Origin: Bacillales bacterium UBA6879
GTDB taxonomy: Bacteria > Bacillota_I > Bacilli_A > RFN20 > CAG-288
Reading direction: 5' to 3'
NCBI GenBank assembly: GCA_002449135.1
Contig: DKCH01000057.1
Location: 13,954-72,828 of the forward strand
Length of the DNA stretch: 58,875 nucleotides
Shown here one piece after another: positions 39,784 to 47,426 of this stretch. Numbering within the stretch: position 1 is the first letter of the stretch; every line of letters begins with the position of its first letter. The notes below the pieces were generated by a model that was not told the DNA's origin, made no database searches, and saw only the letters and a list, made by a program, of their open reading frames with translations. The position numbers were made by a program, and so were the translations under genes.

Positions 39784-40632
39784 ATGAAAACTCAAGAACA
39801 TACAGTTGTTGGTAATCTTGATTTAAAGAAAATATATAATAAGAATTTTTTAGTGAGTCCAAATAGAACAATACGTATTTGGACTCCTTTTAATTACAAT
39901 AAAAATTCTTTACACAAATACAAAACAATATATATGTTTGATGGAGCTAATCTTTTTGATAAAGCTACCGCTTTTATTGACGAATGGGAAATAGATGAAA
40001 CTATTTTAACCTGCTTAAAAGAAAATAAAATTAGACCTTCAATAGTTATTGGTTTAGACTCTTCAAAAGATCGTCTTTCTGAACTTTTACCACGTTTTTC
40101 TAATAAAGCAATAGCAAATTTAGCATACAAAGGTGAAGAAACCTTAGATTTTTTAATAAGTAAAGTAATGCCTTATATAAATAAGCATTATAACGTTTCA
40201 ACAAATAGAAACGATATAACTCTTGCTGGCTCATCTATGGGTGGATTAATGGCTTTAGCAGGGGGGATAGATTATCCTGAAGTCTTTGGTAACATCTTAT
40301 CTTTTTCCCCTGCTTTTCCTTTATATAAATATGGTTTAAATGAAGAACCACCTTGTCACTTTGGAACTAATAACGATGAGGCTTTTAAATATGTAATAAA
40401 AAAATATTTAGATCCTAATTTAATAAACAAATTTAAAATATTTATCTCTGCTGGTGGTCAAGGAATTGAAAAAGAATACACGAAATATCCACTTAAATTT
40501 ACTAAAAAACTTTTAAAAAATAATTGGAATTCTAAAAACATTCTTTGTAAAGTAGATGAAAATTATTCTCATAATGAAGAACAATGGTCAATGTTTTTCT
40601 ATTATGCTTATAAATTTATTAATCAAGAATAA
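39784..40632 (+). CDS. alpha/beta hydrolase of the putative-esterase family
   Basis: 282 aa with YMFDGANLFD and the nucleophile elbow LAGSSMGGLMAL. C-terminal YSHNEEQW probably carries the catalytic His. Confidence 0.7.
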   Translation: MKTQEHTVVGNLDLKKIYNKNFLVSPNRTIRIWTPFNYNKNSLHKYKTIYMFDGANLFDKATAFIDEWEIDETILTCLKENKIRPSIVIGLDSSKDRLSELLPRFSNKAIANLAYKGEETLDFLISKVMPYINKHYNVSTNRNDITLAGSSMGGLMALAGGIDYPEVFGNILSFSPAFPLYKYGLNEEPPCHFGTNNDEAFKYVIKKYLDPNLINKFKIFISAGGQGIEKEYTKYPLKFTKKLLKNNWNSKNILCKVDENYSHNEEQWSMFFYYAYKFINQE

Positions 40633-40652
40633 AAAAAGAGGTATAAAACCTC
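40631..40652 (-). terminator. weak terminator ending the tRNA transcription unit
   Basis: Minus strand reads GAGGT-TTTAT-ACCTC followed by TTTTTTT. The T-tract overlaps the esterase stop codon. The stem is only 5 bp. Confidence 0.4.
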
Positions 40653-40688
40653 AAATTTATTAATAATTCCTAAGATATTATATATAAA

Positions 40689-40764
40689 TGGTGGATCAGA
40701 CAGGACTCGAACCTGTAACGACCCGCTTATGAGACGGGGACTCTAACCATTGAGCTACTGATCC
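40689..40764 (-). tRNA. tRNA with CAU anticodon (Met or lysidine-modified Ile2; loop CUCAUAA resembles Bacillus tRNA-Ile2)
   Basis: 76-nt cloverleaf read by hand: GGATCAG/TA/GCTC-AATGGTTA-GAGT/C/CCCGT-CTCATAA-GCGGG/TCGTT/ACAGG-TTCGAGT-CCTGT/CTGATCC/A/CCA. CCA is encoded. Confidence 0.85.
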
Positions 40765-40768
40765 GAGA

Positions 40769-40844
40769 TGGTAGCAGCGGGGGGAGTCGAACCCTCGACA
40801 TATCGGGTATGAGCCGAGTGCTCTACCAGCTGAGCTACGCTGCC
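40769..40844 (-). tRNA. tRNA-Met (CAU), elongator-like
   Basis: 76 nt: GGCAGCG/TA/GCTC-AGCTGGTA-GAGC/A/CTCGG-CTCATAC-CCGAT/ATGTC/GAGGG-TTCGACT-CCCCC/CGCTGCT/A/CCA. It closely resembles B. subtilis elongator tRNA-Met. There is no C1:A72 mismatch or GGG:CCC anticodon stem, so it is not an initiator. Confidence 0.85.
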
Positions 40845-40889
40845 ATAATGAATCAATCTGATCACGCGATTGGCTTTTTATATAAAAAA

Positions 40890-40965
40890 TGGTGGACCTG
40901 ACGGGGATCGAACTCGCTACCTCCTCCATGCCATGGAGGCGCTCTCCCAGATGAGCTACAGGCCC
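40890..40965 (-). tRNA. tRNA-Ala (GGC)
   Basis: 76 nt: GGGCCTG/TA/GCTC-ATCTGGGA-GAGC/G/CCTCC-ATGGCAT-GGAGG/AGGTA/GCGAG-TTCGATC-CCCGT/CAGGTCC/A/CCA. The G3:U70 alanine identity pair is present and CCA is encoded. Confidence 0.88.
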
Positions 40966-40975
40966 AGCAATAGTT

Positions 40976-41004
40976 AAGATACCTTATTTAGAGCCATTAG
41001 TCAA
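40976..41004 (-). promoter_or_regulatory. candidate promoter of the three-tRNA cluster
   Basis: Minus strand reads TTGACT-17 nt-TATCTT, ending 10 nt before the mature 5' end of tRNA-Ala. Confidence 0.4.
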
Positions 41005-41110
41005 GAAAATTTTTAAAAAGTCGACTTTATTTTTAAATATGAATAATAAAGTATTAAAAAATAAAACAAAAAACTTAATTTAATTTAAAAAATTAAAGAT
41101 TTACAATATT

Positions 41111-41476
41111 TTATTTTTTCTCTTCTTCTTTTTTATCAAATAAATCAAACTTATTAGCTGTTAAGCCAACTACTTGACCTGCTGGGACTGCAAAGGCTAA
41201 ACCTTGACCATTTGTTTCTAAGCCAGCTTCATCATAAATTTTTTCTAAAACTTTATCGGAAGTTTCTCTGCTAGTAAGAATCAATACAACTTCTTTTTCT
41301 GGTTGGATAGCAATACCATAAAACAATTCCATTTCTTTATTACCAGTTCCACGGGCTGATAAGATAGTACCACCACGTGCCCCAGCTTTTCTACTAGCTT
41401 CCATTACTAAATCAGTATAACCTCTATTTACTATTGTAATAATTAAATCGTATTTATTATTATTTTCCATCTTCAT
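41111..41476 (-). CDS. PII-like signal-transduction protein (GlnB fold family)
   Basis: 121 aa. YDLIITIVNRGYTDLVMEASRKAGARGGTILSARGTG...EKEVVLILT has the beta-alpha-beta-beta-alpha-beta spacing and T-loop-like RGTG segment of PII-family proteins. 17-nt overlap with the upstream ORF. Confidence 0.6.
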   Translation of the reverse strand: MKMENNNKYDLIITIVNRGYTDLVMEASRKAGARGGTILSARGTGNKEMELFYGIAIQPEKEVVLILTSRETSDKVLEKIYDEAGLETNGQGLAFAVPAGQVVGLTANKFDLFDKKEEEKK

Positions 41477-41924
41477 TATTCCTTTCTACTTTATGTGAGA
41501 GACGATCTTCTTTTTTCATATCTGAGAAAAATTTATATGGCGCAATACCACTGATTTTAGTAATTGGTAAAGAAAAAGCAATTCCACGAGTATTATCAGA
41601 AGTTTGAAATCTCTTATTCGCTTCTTTTAACATATCGTTAACATAAGAAGTACGAGTAGGAGTTAATATTATTGTTCTCTTATTATCAAAGTCTCCTAAA
41701 AATGGAATCAATTCTTCAGGTGGTTGAGAATAACCATAAAGAACAACAGACATTCCTGCACCTAGTTCTGAATATTTGTCAGTAAAGAAATTTTCTTGAT
41801 GTCTTTTACAAATAGTAACAATTAAGGAAACAGGTATTAATTCTTCTTTATGTCTTTTTTCATAAAGATCTCTTGTTCCAACTTCTTTTTTTCTATTTTT
41901 TTCAAAATGTTTAAATAATTTCAT
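41460..41924 (-). CDS. second, more divergent PII-like protein
   Basis: 154 aa with RBS AGGAGG. The core VSLIVTICKRHQENFFTDKYSELGAGMSVVLYGYS...RTIILT parallels the downstream PII-like ORF. It has basic N- and C-terminal extensions. Confidence 0.45.
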   Translation of the reverse strand: MKLFKHFEKNRKKEVGTRDLYEKRHKEELIPVSLIVTICKRHQENFFTDKYSELGAGMSVVLYGYSQPPEELIPFLGDFDNKRTIILTPTRTSYVNDMLKEANKRFQTSDNTRGIAFSLPITKISGIAPYKFFSDMKKEDRLSHKVERNNEDGK

Positions 41925-41934
41925 TTAAAACCTC

Positions 41935-43623
41935 CTAATAACTTAAAGGCTCATTATTTTCAAGGTGAATAACTTGTTTATCATCAGCTTCAATAATTCT
42001 AGCTTGATTAATTCTAAAGACGATATTAGATTTAACTTTTCCATAAACACCTAATATTTCAATAGCTAATAAAGGACAAATATAAACAAGTCCAACCATA
42101 CCTGTTCCATATCTTACTGTTTCTTCTGCACTAGCAGTAGGATACTTAGCAACAAACATAGCAATTTCCATTGGTAATAAAAAGGCTGAAGCCATTGTCG
42201 AAGAAGCAATACCTGCACTATCTAAAGCTAGACCAGTATAAATATTTGGAACAAATAAAGTTAAAATAAAGAATAAAAGAAGCAATGGAATAATAATAAC
42301 AGTAATATCTATTCTAAATTGAACCTTTAAAATACCAAATAATAAAGCAGCACAAACTGCAACACATAAAGCCCCGTAAAGTTCTTTAATACCAATAGAG
42401 CCACGTGAAACTTCTTCAACTTGTTTACATAAAACATGAACAGCAGGTTCAGCTAAAATAATTAAAGTACCTATTAAAATACAAAGTAAAATTACCACAT
42501 AGAAATGATCTTGGAAACCAGTGCTACTAAAAGCTACACCTAGTTGTCTTGCAACAATCATAAATCCAGAATTTATACCAACCATAAAAACAGTCAAACC
42601 TAAAAATGTTTCAACTAAACCAATAAAGATTTTTTCTAATTCCTTTAAAGAAAGTTTTAAAAAGATAAAATTATAAGTCAAGAAGAACACAATCAAAGGT
42701 AAAATAGCAATACCAACATCAGTAATTGAACTAATAAACGCATCTAAATAATGTGAACCTAAAGAAGCATAATTCATAGGACCAATACCACCAGAAGAGC
42801 CAGAAACAACACTACCAAATAAACTTTCAGCATCAAAACCAATTGTAGTAGTTATTTTAGCCCATAAAAAGATTGTAATAATTGGACCTAAAGAGGCTAA
42901 ACCATTTAAGCCAAAAGAATCATCCTCAGCGTTTTTACCGCCTCTAAGTTGGGCAACAGCAATACCCATAGAAAGAACAAATGGTACAGTAATAGAACCA
43001 ATTGTAACACCCATACCATCAAAAACAATAGGGAAGAAAGATTCTCTATTAATTAATATTCCTAATCCAAAAGCAATTAAGAAAATAATATAAAGAATAA
43101 TCTTATATGACCATTGGAAAATAATTCTAATAAAAGCCAATCCCAAGAGTAAACCAACACCCAAAGAAACAATACTAATAATTACATATTTTCCACCTTC
43201 GCCCATTAATTGAGTAGAAAAAACAGTTAAATCAGGTTCAGCGAAAGTACATAATCCACCTAATAAAGCCGAAACAATAAATAACAATATAATAGACTTC
43301 TTCTTAGTTAAAGAAGAACCAACAGCTGCACCCATTTTATCAACAGCATTATCAGCACCAATCCCATAAAAAGACATACCTAATACCATTAATGGGAAAG
43401 CAATTAAAAAACATATTAAAGCTGGTGAAAAAACATATTTTCCATAATAATCAGAATAAAAATTCCCTTGAAAAATACTCGCTTCAGAAAAAATATTACC
43501 ATTAACATTAACAGTAGAACCAATCATCAGCAAACCAGAAAAATGCATAATTAAAATAACTAAAAAGAAAGGACCAATAGATAAGAAACTCTCTTTTATT
43601 CTTTCATAAACTACCTTAAACAT
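41935..43623 (-). CDS. internally duplicated polytopic membrane protein (DUF1538-like putative transporter)
   Basis: The ORF track starts at GTG 43641, but AAGGAGG sits 5 nt upstream of the ATG at 43623 (MFKVVYERIK...), so I prefer that start. Two homologous halves each carry a ...(F/L)AEP(D/A)(L/V).V... block (GGLCTFAEPDLTVFSTQL and LIILAEPAVHVLCKQV). Confidence 0.6.
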   Translation of the reverse strand: MFKVVYERIKESFLSIGPFFLVILIMHFSGLLMIGSTVNVNGNIFSEASIFQGNFYSDYYGKYVFSPALICFLIAFPLMVLGMSFYGIGADNAVDKMGAAVGSSLTKKKSIILLFIVSALLGGLCTFAEPDLTVFSTQLMGEGGKYVIISIVSLGVGLLLGLAFIRIIFQWSYKIILYIIFLIAFGLGILINRESFFPIVFDGMGVTIGSITVPFVLSMGIAVAQLRGGKNAEDDSFGLNGLASLGPIITIFLWAKITTTIGFDAESLFGSVVSGSSGGIGPMNYASLGSHYLDAFISSITDVGIAILPLIVFFLTYNFIFLKLSLKELEKIFIGLVETFLGLTVFMVGINSGFMIVARQLGVAFSSTGFQDHFYVVILLCILIGTLIILAEPAVHVLCKQVEEVSRGSIGIKELYGALCVAVCAALLFGILKVQFRIDITVIIIPLLLLFFILTLFVPNIYTGLALDSAGIASSTMASAFLLPMEIAMFVAKYPTASAEETVRYGTGMVGLVYICPLLAIEILGVYGKVKSNIVFRINQARIIEADDKQVIHLENNEPLSY

Positions 43624-43834
43624 TTTGTCCTCCTTAACCACTAAAATTATAAAAGAAATTTAATATCTAAATAAAGAAAAATCGTATTAAAACTTATATA
43701 TTTTAAGAATAATTCATTAACATTTGTTTTTATTTTACAAGATGTCTAGCATTTAGAATTTTTGTAAATAAATTTTTTACTTTTATAATTAAAAGAAATT
43801 ATATAAACTATAACTAGATAAAAAAGGAGACTTT

Positions 43835-45073
43835 ATGACCTTAAAAGAAAAAGATTATGAAATATTCTTTGCTATACAGCAAGAAAAAAAACGCGAAGAA
43901 GAATCATGCGAACTAATTGCTTCAGAAAATTTTGTTTCCAATGCTGTATTAGAAGCCCAAGGTAGCATTCTTACTAATAAATATGCAGAAGGCTATCCTA
44001 ATAAAAGATACTATGGTGGTTGCGCTTATGTAGATATCGTTGAAAATTTAGCAATAGAAAGACTAAAAAAACTATTCAATGTAAATTTTGCAAATGTTCA
44101 ACCTCATTCTGGTTCCTCAGCAAACATGGCCGCTATTAAAGCCTTAGCTAAGCCTGGAGACACTATAATGGGAATGTCAGTAAATTCAGGTGGACACTTG
44201 TCTCATGGATATTCTTTATCTTTTTCTGGCCAAGATTTTAATTCAGTTCCCTATGAAGTTGATAGAAAAACCTATCTTCTTGATTATGATGCCATTTTAA
44301 AACAGGCTAGAGAAGTTAAACCAAAAGTAATAATTTGTGGTTGCTCATCTTACTCAAGAGAAGTAGATTTCAAAAAATTCCATGAAATTGCAAAAGAAGT
44401 TAATGCCTACTTAATTGCCGACATTGCTCATATTGCTGGCTTAGTCGCCACTAATAACCATATTTCTCCTATTCCCTATGCTGATATTGTAACCTCTACT
44501 ACCCATAAAACCTTACGTGGACCAAGAGGTGGAATTATTATGACTAATTCCGAAGAATTAGCTAAAAAGATTAATAAAATCGTCTTCCCTGGTTTACAAG
44601 GTGGACCATTAGAACATGTAATTGCTGCCAAAGCAGTAGCTTTTAAAGAAGATAGTACAGAAGAATTTAAAACATATATTGACCAAGTAATTAAAAATAG
44701 TAAAGCTATGTCAAACGAATTTATTAAAATGGGTTATGATGTATTAACAGGTGGAACAGATAATCATCTTTTCCTAATTAATACTTATAAAACAAATAAA
44801 ATTACTGGTATAGATGCTCAAAAACTCTGTGAAGAAATAAATATAACCTGTAATAAGAATGCCTTACCTTTTGATGAACTTAAGCCATTTATCGCTTCTG
44901 GTATACGTATAGGTACCCCAGCCATGACTTCAAGAGGTTATAAAGAAGAAGACTTTATAAAAATCGCTCATTTTATTGATGAGGCTTTTAAAAATAAAGA
45001 ATCTATAAAAGAATTAAATATCTTAAAAGAAGAAGTTATAACTCTAAATAAAAAACATCCTTTATGGTATTAA
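43835..45073 (+). CDS. glyA: serine hydroxymethyltransferase
   Basis: [24 protein letters not shown]-lysine motif [15 protein letters not shown]. Confidence 0.96.
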   Translation: MTLKEKDYEIFFAIQQEKKREEESCELIASENFVSNAVLEAQGSILTNKYAEGYPNKRYYGGCAYVDIVENLAIERLKKLFNVNFANVQPHSGSSANMAAIKALAKPGDTIMGMSVNSGGHLSHGYSLSFSGQDFNSVPYEVDRKTYLLDYDAILKQAREVKPKVIICGCSSYSREVDFKKFHEIAKEVNAYLIADIAHIAGLVATNNHISPIPYADIVTSTTHKTLRGPRGGIIMTNSEELAKKINKIVFPGLQGGPLEHVIAAKAVAFKEDSTEEFKTYIDQVIKNSKAMSNEFIKMGYDVLTGGTDNHLFLINTYKTNKITGIDAQKLCEEINITCNKNALPFDELKPFIASGIRIGTPAMTSRGYKEEDFIKIAHFIDEAFKNKESIKELNILKEEVITLNKKHPLWY

Positions 45074-45108
45074 AATAAATCAGCGCTATTTAAAAAAAAT
45101 ATACATAT

Positions 45109-45140
45109 AAAAAGGTCATAGTTAAGTGCTATGACCTTTT
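45109..45140. terminator. bidirectional Rho-independent terminator between convergent glyA and tsf
   Basis: AAAAGGTCATAG-(TTAAGTG)-CTATGACCTTTT forms a perfect 12-bp stem whose A/T ends give a U-tract in both orientations. Confidence 0.8.
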
Positions 45141-45156
45141 AAATTAATCAAATAAA

Positions 45157-46044
45157 TTAATTAAGTTCCTTAGCAACTTCAGCGGCAAAGTCTTCTTTTT
45201 TCTTTTCAATACCTTCACCAACTTTGAACATAACAAAGGAAATTGGAGTAACTTTTTCTTCTTTTAAAACTTGTCCAACAGTTTTAGAAGGATCTAAGAT
45301 ATATTCAGCAAAAGAGAAGACTTGAGCTTCAAAATGCTTATTAACTCTACCTTCTAAAATCTTAGCTTGAATATTAGCAGGTTTCTTAGCAAAGGAAGGA
45401 TCTTCTTTAGCAGATTCTTCTTGAACCTTTCTTTCAGCTTCTAAGTCTTCAGGTTTAACTTCAGAGATAGAAAGATAAGAAGGATTAGCAGAAACAACAG
45501 CCATAGCTAAGTTATCAGCAAATTCTTGAGTGCCACCTTTAACTTTAATTAAAACAGAGATTGCACCCTTCATATGAATATATGAACCAAAGAGTTCATC
45601 AGCATTCTTAGTAACAATGACAAATCTTCTTAAAGAAAGCTTTTCACCTAACTTAATACCGGCATCGTTAAATAAATCATTAACAGATTGTCCTTTAGCA
45701 TTAGTAGCTAACTTTAAAGCTTCAACATCACTAGGCTTTTTATCTAAAGCAATATCAGCAACATCAGAGACTAATTGAACAAAAGGATCTGAATGAGCAA
45801 CAAAATCAGTTTCACAATTGATTTCTAAAACAACAGCTTCATCACCCTTAACTTTAACAGTGGTTAAACCTTCAGCAGCAATTCTTGAAGCCTTTTTAGC
45901 TTGTTTAGCAATACCTTTTTCTCTTAACCAAGTAATGGATTTTTCAATATCATTATTACATTCAACTAAAGCGTGCTTGCAATCCATTAAACCAGCACCG
46001 GTTCTTTCACGAAGAACTTTAATTAATTCGACGATTTCAGACAT
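45157..46044 (-). CDS. tsf: translation elongation factor Ts
   Basis: N-terminal UBA-like LRERTGAGLMDCKHALVE. 295 aa, immediately downstream of rpsB (3-nt gap). Confidence 0.95.
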   Translation of the reverse strand: MSEIVELIKVLRERTGAGLMDCKHALVECNNDIEKSITWLREKGIAKQAKKASRIAAEGLTTVKVKGDEAVVLEINCETDFVAHSDPFVQLVSDVADIALDKKPSDVEALKLATNAKGQSVNDLFNDAGIKLGEKLSLRRFVIVTKNADELFGSYIHMKGAISVLIKVKGGTQEFADNLAMAVVSANPSYLSISEVKPEDLEAERKVQEESAKEDPSFAKKPANIQAKILEGRVNKHFEAQVFSFAEYILDPSKTVGQVLKEEKVTPISFVMFKVGEGIEKKKEDFAAEVAKELN

Positions 46045-46047
46045 CGA

Positions 46048-47163
46048 TTATTTATTTCCTTTCTCAGCAGTAGTAGCTTCAACAGGTTTAACTTCAGCAG
46101 GTTTTGCTTCAACCTTAGCTTCTACAGCTTGGTTTTGTTGTCCTTTATTTTCAACAGGTTTATTTTTCTTAACGAAAGGTTTTCTAGGACCTTTGAAAGC
46201 CTTCTTTCTCATTCTCATACCTTTAGCTAAAGGTTTCTTCATCTTTCTTAAAGCATATTGATCTTCCTTAACTCTAGTCTTAATGAGTTTGAATTCTTCA
46301 GTCTTATCAACGCCTTTTAAGACAGTGGTGAAATCAGCATCAGGATTATCTTGTTTAATATAAGCATAAGCAACATCGCCACCCTTACCTTCAACAACAG
46401 CATCAGCTAAGATACCTAAAATTAATTTAATGGTCTTAGAAGAATCATCGTTGCAAGGAATAACATGATCTAAACCTTCAGGGTTACAATTAGTATTAAT
46501 TAAAACAAAGAGTGGAATATGTAAAATTAAAGCTTCAGCAATAGCATTGTGTTCAGTCTTAGGATCAACAACAACCATAGCATCAGGAATCTTTCTCATT
46601 TCCTTAATACCTTCTAAGTTAGAAGCTAATTTAGCTTGTTCTTTCTTTAACTTAATAGCTTCTTTCTTAGCCATAGTGTCATAAACACCATCCATTTCAT
46701 ATTGTTCTAAAGTCTTTAAACGTTTAGTTCTATTAGAAATAGTCTTAAAGTTAGTTAAAGTACCACCTAACCATCTCTTGTTTACATAGAAAGAACCAGA
46801 TCTAATAGCTTCATCTTTAACAGCTTCGCTAGCAGCTTTCTTAGTACCAACAAATAAAACTTTGCCACCTTTAGTAACAATATCTTTTAAAAGCTTGTAA
46901 TCTTCAGTAATGTTAGCAACAGTCTTATCAAGATTAATAATGTGAATACCATTTCTAGTATTGAAAATATATGGTTTGAATCTAGCATCCCATCTTCTAG
47001 TCATATGACCAAAGTGAGCACCAACATCTAATAATTCCTTAACAGTGACAATAGGAGCGTTAGGATCATGAATAACGCTAGCCATTTCAGGACTTACAGT
47101 TTCTTGCTGAGTTTCGGTTTTAGTTTCCGCGGTTTCAGCTACCTTCTTTTCTTCTTCACCCAT
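46048..47163 (-). CDS. rpsB: 30S ribosomal protein S2 with N- and C-terminal extensions
   Basis: S2 core (LLDVGAHFGHMTRRWDARFKPYIF...VVDPKTEHNAIAEA...). A ~38-aa acidic N-extension and a ~90-aa K/P/A-rich C-extension are present. RBS GGAGG lies 7 nt upstream of the first ATG. Confidence 0.93.
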   Translation of the reverse strand: MGEEEKKVAETAETKTETQQETVSPEMASVIHDPNAPIVTVKELLDVGAHFGHMTRRWDARFKPYIFNTRNGIHIINLDKTVANITEDYKLLKDIVTKGGKVLFVGTKKAASEAVKDEAIRSGSFYVNKRWLGGTLTNFKTISNRTKRLKTLEQYEMDGVYDTMAKKEAIKLKKEQAKLASNLEGIKEMRKIPDAMVVVDPKTEHNAIAEALILHIPLFVLINTNCNPEGLDHVIPCNDDSSKTIKLILGILADAVVEGKGGDVAYAYIKQDNPDADFTTVLKGVDKTEEFKLIKTRVKEDQYALRKMKKPLAKGMRMRKKAFKGPRKPFVKKNKPVENKGQQNQAVEAKVEAKPAEVKPVEATTAEKGNK

Positions 47164-47365
47164 AGTGAACCTCCATTTGTTAAACCTCCATCATTTCTAA
47201 AATTTGGCCCAATTAATAACAGGAATTAACTAATAATGTAAAAGTGTAAATGTTAATAAATAATAAAATTTAGTTAATTACCTCAACATCTAAGTAAGCT
47301 TTAAAAGGACTAGCCAAATAAATCCATGATGTGCGTATTTGCATGAAAAAAATACATGCCTTTAT

Positions 47366-47394
47366 AAAATATCACAATTGATATATATAATCAA
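47366..47394 (-). promoter_or_regulatory. candidate rpsB-tsf promoter (would give a ~195-nt leader)
   Basis: Minus strand reads TTGATT-17 nt-TATTTT with a TGa extended -10. The -35 lies within the inverted repeat TTGAT-N7-ATCAA. Confidence 0.3.
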
Positions 47395-47426
47395 GAATAT
47401 AGACTATTATATATATAAACAATATA

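Noticed and set aside
40696-40929. 77-aa ORF on the minus strand.
   Set aside because: It is a read-through of the three tRNA genes, a relatively GC-rich and stop-free stretch. The tRNA cloverleaves explain the sequence.
43624-43641. GTG start (MVKEDKM...) given by the ORF track for the DUF1538-like gene.
   Set aside because: The sequence GTGGTTAAGGAGGACAAAATG places a consensus AAGGAGG SD 5 nt before the ATG at 43623. The GTG extension would put the SD inside the coding region.
43642-43834. Regulatory RNA (for example a T-box or glycine/THF-type riboswitch) upstream of glyA.
   Set aside because: The region is nearly all A/T with no GC-supported helices or recognisable conserved cores. It is more simply a divergent promoter region.
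47164-47426. Riboswitch, T-box or terminator structure in the long rpsB upstream region.
   Set aside because: Only short AT-rich or 5-bp stems are present (GCATG-N9-CATGC, GTATTT-N9-AAATAC). There is no conserved riboswitch core and no U-tract terminator. I could not identify a convincing terminator for the upstream 827-aa gene either.
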